NCBI GenBank assembly: GCA_965222375.1
Contig: CBDCTZ010000016.1
Location: 1,216,001-1,280,000 of the forward strand
Length of the DNA: 64,000 bases
Direction of reading: 5' to 3'
Source of the DNA: Polyangiaceae bacterium
GTDB lineage: Bacteria > Myxococcota_A > Polyangia > Polyangiales > Polyangiaceae
The position numbers and the translations under genes were made by a program. The notes beneath the pieces are model-generated. The model saw nothing but the letters and a program-made list of their open reading frames with translations. It was not told where the DNA came from and did not search any database. How positions within the stretch are numbered: position 1 is the stretch's first letter; each line of letters starts with the position of its first letter. This document shows positions 1-8,934 of this stretch, one piece after another.

Positions 1-2
1 CA

Positions 3-668
3 AAGGGCTGGCAAAGGCACGCGACGCTCGCGACGCCACATTCTGCGACGCCGGTGTTTGCGGCGGCGGACGCTGGCCTGTACGAGGTCGAGCTGCGCGT
101 GAGCGCACGGCGTGACCTCGGCCGAGTCGTGATGCTGGATGAAGGTACAACGAAACATCGCATTCACGTTGGTGTACCGGGCTGGACACTGTTCGCTGGA
201 ACGGAAGTTGTGCGCGCGTCGGAACCGTTTCCGCTGCCACTATTCATTGCGCCTACTATTGGAGTGTCCGTACGCCCGCTGTCCATGCTGGCTAGGTCGG
301 GCAGCAGCTGCCTGCTCTCGAGCTGGTCTTGCCGGGTCGATCTCCGCGCAACCCAGAGTCTGGCGCGGATCGACCTAGATCGTGACCCAACCAGCAAGCA
401 AGAGGAGATCCAATCCGGAGGCGGTGCGACTCTTGGGGTCGGCTACCTCCTAGGAAGCCCCACGCGGCTATCGCTCACGCCTCACGGAGACTTCTACTTT
501 CGTCTGGACGGAGATGGCGCCACCGGCTTCGGCGCCAACGCAGAGATCGGCGTCGCTCTCGCAGGCAATCTTCAGCTGCTTTGGACTCCCGGGTATCTGA
601 GATTGTTTCAGAACGATGCAAACGCGGACCTGCTACGCATTGGGCTAGCGCTCGGGTGGCACGAATGA
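3..668 (+). CDS. Hypothetical protein, probably 5'-partial, with outer-membrane beta-strand-like C-terminus
   Basis: Frame is open from the window edge. Alternating hydrophobic strands end in LRIGLALGWHE. Its stop overlaps the next ATG (ATGA 665-668). Confidence 0.6.
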   Translation, partial: KGWQRHATLATPHSATPVFAAADAGLYEVELRVSARRDLGRVVMLDEGTTKHRIHVGVPGWTLFAGTEVVRASEPFPLPLFIAPTIGVSVRPLSMLARSGSSCLLSSWSCRVDLRATQSLARIDLDRDPTSKQEEIQSGGGATLGVGYLLGSPTRLSLTPHGDFYFRLDGDGATGFGANAEIGVALAGNLQLLWTPGYLRLFQNDANADLLRIGLALGWHE

Positions 669-2638
669 ACCGCTACTACGCTGCCTGTCTAGTTGCGCTG
701 ACGTTATCGGTCCCTGCCACCTCGCTGGCCTCCGGTGGAGGTTCCTTCCGCTGCGCTGGTATCCACGTAGCCCTCGAGGATGGGCCGCTGTCGCCCGCGC
801 AGGGCGCAGCATTGGAACGCGCTGTCGGGGTGATGGTCGCGGCCAAGGGGCTCACGCAGGCTTCGCGCGAGGCCGCCCAACTCACGCTTAGGCTGAGCGC
901 AACTCGCAAGCTCGTCCCCGTACCGTTCGACTACACGAAGAAGACGAGCTTGTTTACCCTGACCGCGCGGCTGAGCTCTTGGCATTCGTACGACGAATCT
1001 CGCACGCTCAAAGACGAGCCTTGGACGCCAAACTCACTCGAAACGTTCGTGGCCGACGTTGCAAAGTCGCTCGTTGCGCCAGCGCTCAGAAAACTCTCTC
1101 ACGGCGTCCTGATTGAGAGTTCAGCCCATGGACGTCTTGTGCTGCGCGGGCCCGCGCAGCTCACACGCCGCATCAACGGCAAGCCACTGCCGCTCACGAT
1201 TGGCTGCCTACCAGATGGCGCACTGCTCACCGGCACGGTGGAGTTTCGGCACGCCCGCACCACCGAAGTCACCCCTTTGCCGCGTACTACGATCGCGCGA
1301 GCCACGGTCCGGGAGGCCACCGTTCGCGTGGAGCCTCCTGCGGCAGCGCCCGAGCCGTCTGCTCTGCCGCCTGGCGTCGATCCGCAGGGTCACCAGGGCG
1401 AGCCCCCACCGACCAGGAAGGTTACGTGGCTCGTCGGTGGTGCGATCGCGATTGCGATCGGCAGCGTTGTGTTGTTCGGATTGATACGGCGCCGCCGCGC
1501 CAACCGCGATCCCGGCCAACGGCGCGCGCCGAATAACAGAGAGCCCGAGCTGCTTTCGGAGAGCGCCATCCCCGATCTGACCGGGGTCGAATTCAAGGCC
1601 CTGTGCCTCGCGATGAAGAGCGCGTTCCCCAGCGAAGCCGACTTGCGCGGCATGTTGCGTCAAGAGCTGAACCTGCGGCTGGATGACTTTACCTCAGGTG
1701 CGCTGGATGAACGCGTCCACCGGCTGGTTGAATGGGCGGAAGCTCGCGGCCGCGTTGAAGAGCTCGTCGCAGGGGCCCGAATCGCGAATGACGGTAACGC
1801 GGCTCTGAAACACTTTGCAGATCGCTATCTGAGCTCCATTCAGCGCAGCGTCGCGCAGCGTGAGCGCCGTCCCGAACTGGAGAAGATTGTCCGCTCCAAT
1901 CTGGCTTTCAAGGACATCTCCGCGTGGCGTGCCCGGCTCGAGCGTATCGAGCGCCAAGTGTGCGTTGTCGAAATCGCAGGACACCCCGCGGGCACCGGGT
2001 TCCTGGTTGCCAAAGATCTGGTCCTCACGAACCATCATGTCGTCCGAAGCCAACTTCAAGAGAGTAAACCCAAGGTGGTGGCTCGCTTTGACTACCGGGT
2101 CTTGCCCAATGCAGAGATCTCCGACAAGGGTATAGCGCACGCCGTCAGTGGGAGTGACTGGTTGGTTGCCTCCAGCCCTCACAGCCCGGTCGACACGACG
2201 CCGCCCAACGAGCGTGAGCGCGAACCCTCCCGAGATGAGTTGGATTTCGCGTTGATCCGCCTCGAAGTCGCCGCAGGAGAGGAGTCCGTTGAGGAGGAAG
2301 CGAGGGGTTGGGTTGAGCTCCCGAACGACGAGCCGTTGATCGAACCGGACAGCCCGTTGCTGATACCTCAGCACCCACATGGAAAGCCGATGCAGCTCGC
2401 GTTCGATACCCAGAGCATCATTGCAGTGAACGAGCAAAAGACGCGGGTTCGGTACCGAACCAACACAGATCCGGGGTCGTCTGGTTCACCATGCTTCGAT
2501 GCGAATTGGGAGCTCATCGCTTTGCATCACAGTGGCGAGCCCGGTGTGATTGACGCCACGTACAATGAGGGCATTCCCATCTACACGATTGCGAACGCGC
2601 TGGCGCAAGACGTTCGTGAGGAGCTGGGATGGCTGTGA
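665..2638 (+). CDS. Membrane-anchored EAD1 (effector-associated domain 1) plus trypsin/V8-like serine protease
   Basis: Signal peptide MNRYYAACLVALTLSVPATSLA, Pro-rich linker, TM helix (about 1421-1490) followed by RRRR. EAD1-like LTGVEFKALCLAMKSAFPSEADLRGML...LVEWAEARGRVEELVAGARIANDGN (about 1577-1830). Protease motifs GTGFLV, TNHHV, LDFALIRL, TDPGSSGSPC, ALHH. Confidence 0.85.
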   Translation: MNRYYAACLVALTLSVPATSLASGGGSFRCAGIHVALEDGPLSPAQGAALERAVGVMVAAKGLTQASREAAQLTLRLSATRKLVPVPFDYTKKTSLFTLTARLSSWHSYDESRTLKDEPWTPNSLETFVADVAKSLVAPALRKLSHGVLIESSAHGRLVLRGPAQLTRRINGKPLPLTIGCLPDGALLTGTVEFRHARTTEVTPLPRTTIARATVREATVRVEPPAAAPEPSALPPGVDPQGHQGEPPPTRKVTWLVGGAIAIAIGSVVLFGLIRRRRANRDPGQRRAPNNREPELLSESAIPDLTGVEFKALCLAMKSAFPSEADLRGMLRQELNLRLDDFTSGALDERVHRLVEWAEARGRVEELVAGARIANDGNAALKHFADRYLSSIQRSVAQRERRPELEKIVRSNLAFKDISAWRARLERIERQVCVVEIAGHPAGTGFLVAKDLVLTNHHVVRSQLQESKPKVVARFDYRVLPNAEISDKGIAHAVSGSDWLVASSPHSPVDTTPPNEREREPSRDELDFALIRLEVAAGEESVEEEARGWVELPNDEPLIEPDSPLLIPQHPHGKPMQLAFDTQSIIAVNEQKTRVRYRTNTDPGSSGSPCFDANWELIALHHSGEPGVIDATYNEGIPIYTIANALAQDVREELGWL

Positions 2639-2707
2639 TGACATTCACAGTCGACACTACACCGTTTCCGAAAGCCCACTTTCGGTCCCCTGTCCACAGG
2701 AGAGGCA

Positions 2708-3856
2708 ATGGTCGCAATAGTCAACAATGAGATCGATGGTCCATGCACCCATGCGTTCGTGCTCGGTGTGAGTCGCTATCGGCACCTCGCTGACGGTGCT
2801 GAGCCCACCGTCGCTGGGGCGCAGTCCGGCCTTGCGCAGTTGAGCAGTGCTGCGCGCTCGGCGTCCGAGTTCGCCGCCTGGCTTCTCAAGGACTACGGGA
2901 AGTCTGGGAAGAAGCTGGGAAGCGTGTTCTTCTGCGCTGCGCCGGCAGCCGACGAAGTGATCCATGCGGATGTCGCAGCCCACCTCAACGCGCCACCCGA
3001 TGCCTTGAGGCAGTCCGTCTTGAAGGACTGGCGGGCGTTTCGCAAACTCTGTCTTGCAGACCGAGCCGCGACAGCGATCGTCTATGTGGCTGGGCATGGC
3101 GTTCAGCTGACCAAGCAAGGCGCTACCCTCCTACTCGAGGACTTCGGCGGTGACGCGCAAGAAGCGACGCTGTGGGCCGCCCTCGACATGCGCGGTTTGC
3201 ACGCCTCACTCAACGGCGAGCAGGCCGCCGCGCACCAGTTTTGGTTCGTGGACAGTTGTCGTGAGCGTCCAGCGATTGCTGGCCAGTTTGAGACCATGCA
3301 GGGGGCTTATCGAGGTGATGAACCTTTCGGGAGGTGCGTCGCATCGCCGTTGTTCCTCGCCGCCGGCCCCCGCGAGCGCGCCTGGGCGCGCGTCGGGGGT
3401 GTCAGTCTATTCAACGAAGCTCTGCTGGCATGTCTCAGAGGGGCTGCAGCGGTTGGGCCCAGGAAACAGGGTGAGCGCTGGCAAGTCACCACCGCCAGTC
3501 TCGCCGAAACCTTGCTCCCTCGCATACAGCGTGCGTCTGGTTCAGCCATGCAGATCGCGGAACTCACGGGACACGTAGGCACCACCGCCCAGGCGCTCTG
3601 TAGCCTTGAAGAGCCGCCAGCCGTTTCCCTCACCCTCACCCTCGATCCCGACGAAGCGCATGCGAACTCACGGGCGACCCTATCTCGTGGCAACGAGAAG
3701 ATCGTCGAAGATGCGGATGACTGGCCCCTGGTTCGTGAGGTTGCTGCAGGCCTCTACATCATAAAGGTGACAACCAGCTTGCCGTTCTCGGAGAAGAGGG
3801 ATGCCCTGAACGCCTTGCCGCCCGAGTATTCACACAGTGTGGAGATGGACCGATGA
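2708..3856 (+). CDS. Caspase-family (peptidase C14-like) protease with C-terminal beta-sandwich domain
   Basis: HAFVLGVSRY N-terminal strand, VYVAGHG (His 3095), WFVDSCR (Cys 3257), SLFNEALLACL. AGGAGAG RBS upstream. Confidence 0.85.
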   Translation: MVAIVNNEIDGPCTHAFVLGVSRYRHLADGAEPTVAGAQSGLAQLSSAARSASEFAAWLLKDYGKSGKKLGSVFFCAAPAADEVIHADVAAHLNAPPDALRQSVLKDWRAFRKLCLADRAATAIVYVAGHGVQLTKQGATLLLEDFGGDAQEATLWAALDMRGLHASLNGEQAAAHQFWFVDSCRERPAIAGQFETMQGAYRGDEPFGRCVASPLFLAAGPRERAWARVGGVSLFNEALLACLRGAAAVGPRKQGERWQVTTASLAETLLPRIQRASGSAMQIAELTGHVGTTAQALCSLEEPPAVSLTLTLDPDEAHANSRATLSRGNEKIVEDADDWPLVREVAAGLYIIKVTTSLPFSEKRDALNALPPEYSHSVEMDR

Positions 3857-4887
3857 AATCGGGCAAGTTGACGACCTGGCTGGAAACAGACTCCGCGCAA
3901 CTTCGCATGACCTTGCCCATTCAGGTCCGAGATAGCGAATTGGCGTTGGTCCGTGAAACGAAGAGAGGCGACACCGTCGATCTCGACCCAGGATGGTACG
4001 AAGTGAGCGCGGTTCTCGATGACGGCCGTGCGCGATCGCAACTCGTCGAAATCAAATCCGGCGAGGACACCGAGGTGTCGCTCGGGCTCTCGGACGCGAA
4101 GTCGAGCCAGGCGCTTGCTCAGGGGTTCGATGGGTTGGAGGCGCTGCCGGAACGTCCAGAACTCATCGACATCGTTGGAGCAACCGCCGTGGCCCGGGCT
4201 GACCGACCCCCAAAACCAAACTATACGTCAGGCGAAACCTGGTGGTTTACCCACAAACCACTCGGAAGTGGGACGCCGTCTGTCAAGATTGCGTTGGACG
4301 GTGTGACGCGCAGCATCTCCCTGCCGATCAATCCTGAAGGTCATGGGAGCGAGGCATTCTGCTTCGTCAGCTTCGAGCGCTATGCCGACGGCTCCGCGGC
4401 GCGGGCCTGGGTCAGCCCAGCTCGCATCGTATCGAGCGCCGTGCAGCAGATGCTGGCCCGAGGACGCACGTTCACTGCGCACACCGTTGTCGACGCCAGC
4501 GCCGAGCAACTCCTATACGACAAGTATCGGGACCCGGTAGGAGCGGTTCTAGGCGCGCTAGTACTATATCAGGCCGGAGTGTTGCAGAAGCGCCTTGGGT
4601 GGCTCGAGAACCTCGCACGCGATTTCACGTGGCTACCGGACGGTCGAATTCTTCTCGGCGCGTTGCTGCTTCGGGACCAAGCGACCGAGCAGCGGGCGAT
4701 CTCCTTGTTGCTCGGAAGTGGGTGGGAACGGCCGATGTTCACGCTTACCTTTTCGGTCTTGCTCGATGTGCTGCGCACCTGGCAAAACCGCAGCTTGAAA
4801 GCGAAAGCGGCGTTGAATGACGTCGCATTGATGGCGGCCCGTGTCGACTGGAGCGCCTCCACATTCACTCTCAGAGAGGACGGTTGA
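3853..4887 (+). CDS. Hypothetical caspase-associated protein
   Basis: ATGA overlap with the caspase stop. N-terminal beta-rich VDLDPGWYEVSAVL, helical C-terminus with KYRDPVGAVLGALVL and WLENLARDFTWLPDG. Confidence 0.75.
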   Translation: MKSGKLTTWLETDSAQLRMTLPIQVRDSELALVRETKRGDTVDLDPGWYEVSAVLDDGRARSQLVEIKSGEDTEVSLGLSDAKSSQALAQGFDGLEALPERPELIDIVGATAVARADRPPKPNYTSGETWWFTHKPLGSGTPSVKIALDGVTRSISLPINPEGHGSEAFCFVSFERYADGSAARAWVSPARIVSSAVQQMLARGRTFTAHTVVDASAEQLLYDKYRDPVGAVLGALVLYQAGVLQKRLGWLENLARDFTWLPDGRILLGALLLRDQATEQRAISLLLGSGWERPMFTLTFSVLLDVLRTWQNRSLKAKAALNDVALMAARVDWSASTFTLREDG

Positions 4888-4888
4888 C

Positions 4889-6097
4889 ATGCACCTGACG
4901 ATGCTCCCTGCTGGTGAAGGAGACGCGCTTTGGCTGCGCTGGGGGCCGGCGTCCGACCGTCGCCAATTGTTGGTTGACCTTGGCGTGAATGCCACTGGCA
5001 AGGCATTTCGCAAACGCCTTGCTACGCTGCCCGAGGCACAACGAGCTTTCGAGCTGCTCGTCGTGACGCATGTGGACACCGACCACATCTACGGCGTACT
5101 CAGCGGCTTGGTGACCGAGGACCCACTGCCTGGACTGACCTTCAAGGACGTTTGGTTCAATGGCTGGACGCATCTAGACGGCCACGCGGTCGAGCCGCTC
5201 GAGCCGGGGCTGACCGGCACTGCTTTGGCCGAAAACGCCGCTGGTCACTTGTTCGGCAATGAGCTCGAGCCCTTTGGTGGCAAGCAAGGCGAGCAATTCA
5301 GCATCTGGCTACGCAACCAGAAGTGGAACGACGCCTTTCAGGGCGGTCCCGTTCGCCGGGAGGATGCTGCCCTCGGCCCGGCGATCACCTTGGCGCACGA
5401 CCTGCATCTGACGGTCTTGGGTCCCACCCAGACGCGTTTGACTGAACTGAAGCCAAAGTGGCGACGCGACGTCGAGGCGGCGCTGAAAAACCAGACTCTC
5501 GATCCGAACGAAGTCTCCCCGGACTTGGTGCCGGGAGGGCTGGAGCCGATGGGAAGGAGCAAACCCACGGCACCCAAGTTGGACTCGACCCAGAGCCTCG
5601 AGACCCTTGCCGACGGTTCGTCCACTGGCGACACGAGCGCGCCCAACGGCAGCAGTATCGCGCTACTTCTCGAGTACGGCAACATGCGCATGATTCTGGC
5701 CGGTGACGCATTCCCTGAGGATCTCATCGACGCCGTGGCGCTACTCGATCCCGACAGGCGTGCTCTCACCCTTTTCAAGCTGCCGCACCACGGTAGCCAA
5801 AACAACGTGTCCACCGCGCTGGTCGAGGCGGTAAGCTGCCGTCATTGGTTGGTCTCCAGCAACGGAGCCAAGCACTACCATCCGGACGCAGCGGCTGTGG
5901 CCCGCGTTGTGAAGTATGGCCAGCCAGCCAGCCCCGTCTTGCACTTCAACGAGCCGAGTCCCTACAACAGCTGGTGGGACAATCCCGCCTGGCGTGAGAA
6001 GCACGGGTATGAGACCGCGTACGGCTCGAAGAGCGACGGCTTGACGCTTGTCGTTGCACAGGACGGAAGTGTCGTCGCAGGACGCGAGTTCACATGA
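4889..6097 (+). CDS. MBL-fold metallohydrolase (ComEC/Avs1-associated-like, possible nuclease)
   Basis: MLPAGEGDALW, LVDLG, THVDTDH (5066-5086), VWFN, NGSSIA, LAGDA, KLPHHGS, SSNG, HPD. AGAGGA RBS before ATG 4889. Confidence 0.85.
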   Translation: MHLTMLPAGEGDALWLRWGPASDRRQLLVDLGVNATGKAFRKRLATLPEAQRAFELLVVTHVDTDHIYGVLSGLVTEDPLPGLTFKDVWFNGWTHLDGHAVEPLEPGLTGTALAENAAGHLFGNELEPFGGKQGEQFSIWLRNQKWNDAFQGGPVRREDAALGPAITLAHDLHLTVLGPTQTRLTELKPKWRRDVEAALKNQTLDPNEVSPDLVPGGLEPMGRSKPTAPKLDSTQSLETLADGSSTGDTSAPNGSSIALLLEYGNMRMILAGDAFPEDLIDAVALLDPDRRALTLFKLPHHGSQNNVSTALVEAVSCRHWLVSSNGAKHYHPDAAAVARVVKYGQPASPVLHFNEPSPYNSWWDNPAWREKHGYETAYGSKSDGLTLVVAQDGSVVAGREFT

Positions 6098-7098
6098 CGA
6101 TCATGATCGCTGGCGAGGAGAAGCGCATCGGCCTCGCGCTCTCTGGCGGTGGCTTTCGCGCCGCCGCATTTCATCTCGGTGTGTTTCGCAGGCTCACCGA
6201 GTTGAAGTTGCTCAACAAGCTCGACCTCCTTTCGTGCGTGAGTGGTGGTAGCATCGCTGGCGGGTTCCTGGCGGCGAATTGGGGTCAACCAGATGCTTTG
6301 GATCGCCTAGAAGGGTTCCTTCGCACGCGATCCCTTGCCGTCTCATCCGTCGTCGGTGGCCTCCTCAACCCATTCGCGTCGCGCCTCGACATGCTGGCTT
6401 CCAGCTACGATCGGCACCTGTTCCACGGACGTGCGTTGAGCGAATTGGCCGCGGGACCGCGCTTGTATATCAACGCAACTTGCCTGCCGACGGGCAACCT
6501 ATTCTTCTTCGCGACCGGAGGGGGCAAGCCCGCGGAGATGGGCGAGTGGGATCTCGGTGTGCACCCCGCTCATGACTTTGCCGTGAGCCGTGCGGTAGCC
6601 GCTTCGTCAGCGTTTCCGCCAGTGTTCCCTCCGCTCCGCCTGAATCGGGATGAGTACCCGGTGCACGAGGTGGAGTTCGTTTCACTGGCGGATGGCGGAA
6701 TCTACGACAATCTTGGTGTCAATCCTCTCGTCCGAGACCGGAACGACTTGCACTACGCCATCGTGAGCGATGCGGGCAAGCCGTTTGACATCGACATCAG
6801 CCCACCCGAGTTGGGGAGCGCCGTCCTCACGGCCTCGGTCCCAATCTGGATGGAGCAGGTTCGTAGTCTGCAGTTCAAGCACCTCGAGCTTGCCCTGAGC
6901 ACCGCCAACCGCAAACCGATCTGGTTCTCGATCGGTACGGCGGAGAATGTCGATTCCGCGACCGACGCCGCATTTGCCTCAGCCATCTCGACGAACCTCC
7001 GCAGGCTTTCTGAGCCTGAGGTCGCCGTGCTGTCACGCCACGCTGGCAACCTGCTCCAAGCGCGCCTGGAAACGTATGCGCCGGAGTTGCTTGGGTAG
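6094..7098 (+). CDS. Patatin-like phospholipase
   Basis: LALSGGGFRAAAFHLG, SCVSGGS nucleophile elbow, ASSAFP, DGGIYDNLG. ATGA overlap with the MBL gene. Confidence 0.9.
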   Translation: MTIMIAGEEKRIGLALSGGGFRAAAFHLGVFRRLTELKLLNKLDLLSCVSGGSIAGGFLAANWGQPDALDRLEGFLRTRSLAVSSVVGGLLNPFASRLDMLASSYDRHLFHGRALSELAAGPRLYINATCLPTGNLFFFATGGGKPAEMGEWDLGVHPAHDFAVSRAVAASSAFPPVFPPLRLNRDEYPVHEVEFVSLADGGIYDNLGVNPLVRDRNDLHYAIVSDAGKPFDIDISPPELGSAVLTASVPIWMEQVRSLQFKHLELALSTANRKPIWFSIGTAENVDSATDAAFASAISTNLRRLSEPEVAVLSRHAGNLLQARLETYAPELLG

Positions 7099-7290
7099 AC
7101 TCTATATCGCGACCTCATTGCCGGCTTTCACCTGGCGATCACCCCGCCGGACGACGCAACGAGGCGTCGGAGCAGGTACGGTGCTTCGCGGCATGGGCTA
7201 GTAGCGCCCCCAGCTTTCCTTCGCAATTGCGGCCGCTTTGTGGCGCCGACGTTCTCGTCCGCCCTCGTCGATGGTACTGCTTAGTGTGTC

Positions 7291-8922
7291 GTGGTGAGTG
7301 TGGACGCTGCAGCCCAAGGGGCGGACCCGGCGCAATCGCCGTTTTCGAAGCGGCATCCATCGCCCACGGACATCGTGCAGTCCGAAGAAGTGCAGCGCGC
7401 GCGCGTCTTTTTCCGCGCGCTGGCAATCTTGCTCGGCGTATTGGAGGCGTTCCTGCTGTTTCTGCCGGGGCCTATGTGGCTGCGCACGACCACCGCAGTG
7501 TTCACTGGGGCGTTGTTGCTGGTCTCCCTCATCACCCTGCACGTCATCCGAGACGAAGCCCGCTACACCCCTCGGCTAGTCGTCGTAGTGGGGACCTTCG
7601 GCTCCGTGTTGGGCGTGCTGGTCATCTACTACCTGGGGCTGTTCTCCGCCGCCGCTGCCATGCTCACGGTGGCCATCTACTTCTTTGGCATGAGCTCCAA
7701 CAGCTCCGCAGCCCGAGGCGTGTACGGGACCATCGCCGGCTTGTACTTGGTCATCACAGTCTCAATTGCTTTGCGTATCGTCCCGGACCACAGCTTGTTT
7801 TCCGTGGAACAAGTCCCCACGATGAGTCGTTGGTACCGCGTACTCATGATGCAAGTCGTGTTCGGGTTGACCTTCTACCTGGCGCGCAGTAGCCGCCGGG
7901 CGATGACCGACGCCATCGCTGGCGCCAAGCAAATGCGCAGCGAACTCAAACAGCGTGATGCCCAGCTGGTCGAAGCCAAGACGGAGCTGGACTGGGCGTT
8001 GCGCACCGGTGAAGGTCAGATGACGGGCCAGACCGTCGGGGAGTACGAATTGGAGCTACTCCTGGGCCGCGGCGGCATGGGCGAAGTGTATTCCGCCGTG
8101 CATGTGCCGACGCAGCAGAAAGTCGCCCTGAAGCTGCTGCATCCGAACATGGTCGAAAACTCCGAGTACGTGCAACGCTTCATGCGGGAGGCGCAAGCCG
8201 CTGCTGCCGTGCCCACGGAGCATGTCGCGCAAGTCTACGAGCTCGGATTCACGCCTTACGGTGGTCCATTCATCGCCATGGAGCTGCTCGAAGGCCACGA
8301 CCTGGCGTTCTACTTGCGCAAGGCCGCTGACAGTCGGCTGCCCTTGGACGCCATCGTCACCATGGTCGACCACGCCGCGGATGCCCTCGCGGCCGTGCGA
8401 GACGCAGGCGTGGTGCACCGCGACTTGAAGCCCGCCAACTTGTTCCTGGTGGATACGTTGCCGCAGAAGTGGAAGGTGCTCGACTTTGGGCTTTCCAAGA
8501 TCCAGGGCGGCGCAGCGCTGACTCAAGAGGTCGCCATGGGGACGCCTCAGTACATGCCGCCGGAGCAAGCCCAGGGTTTGCCCGTGGATCATCGTGCGGA
8601 TCTCTACGCTCTCGCTGCCATCGCCTATCGGGCTCTCACCGGCCAACCGCCCTTCGTGGGCGACGAGATCGGGCCTCTCTTGTTGGACGTGCTGTACACC
8701 CAGCCGCAGCAGCCCGGTGGATTCGTGCAGGTGGCCGTGGAAATCGAACTCGTGCTTGCCGTGGCCCTCGCGAAGAAGCCCGAAGATCGCTTCGCCAGCG
8801 TGGAAGAGTTCGCTGCCGCGTTCCGTGCCGCCGCCTTTGGCGAACTGGATGCCGACACGCTCTCCCACGGCTGGTCCCTAGTGAAGCAATACCCCTGGGG
8901 CACGACCCGGCGCCGTCGCTGA
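7291..8922 (+). CDS. Ser/Thr protein kinase with N-terminal multi-TM region
   Basis: GRGGMGEVY, VALK, HRDLKPAN, DFG, GTPQYM. About 5-6 hydrophobic segments precede the kinase domain. Confidence 0.9.
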   Translation: MVSVDAAAQGADPAQSPFSKRHPSPTDIVQSEEVQRARVFFRALAILLGVLEAFLLFLPGPMWLRTTTAVFTGALLLVSLITLHVIRDEARYTPRLVVVVGTFGSVLGVLVIYYLGLFSAAAAMLTVAIYFFGMSSNSSAARGVYGTIAGLYLVITVSIALRIVPDHSLFSVEQVPTMSRWYRVLMMQVVFGLTFYLARSSRRAMTDAIAGAKQMRSELKQRDAQLVEAKTELDWALRTGEGQMTGQTVGEYELELLLGRGGMGEVYSAVHVPTQQKVALKLLHPNMVENSEYVQRFMREAQAAAAVPTEHVAQVYELGFTPYGGPFIAMELLEGHDLAFYLRKAADSRLPLDAIVTMVDHAADALAAVRDAGVVHRDLKPANLFLVDTLPQKWKVLDFGLSKIQGGAALTQEVAMGTPQYMPPEQAQGLPVDHRADLYALAAIAYRALTGQPPFVGDEIGPLLLDVLYTQPQQPGGFVQVAVEIELVLAVALAKKPEDRFASVEEFAAAFRAAAFGELDADTLSHGWSLVKQYPWGTTRRRR

Positions 8923-8934
8923 ATTGGCTGCCCG

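Noticed and set aside
665..6097. Canonical Avs1 or gasdermin system
   Set aside because: No STAND NTPase Walker motifs or TPR sensor in the cluster, and the 344-aa protein shows no gasdermin features I can recognise. Genes upstream of the window are unseen.
6094..7098. CBASS (CapV-like patatin)
   Set aside because: No CD-NTase or Cap2/Cap3-like gene is visible nearby.
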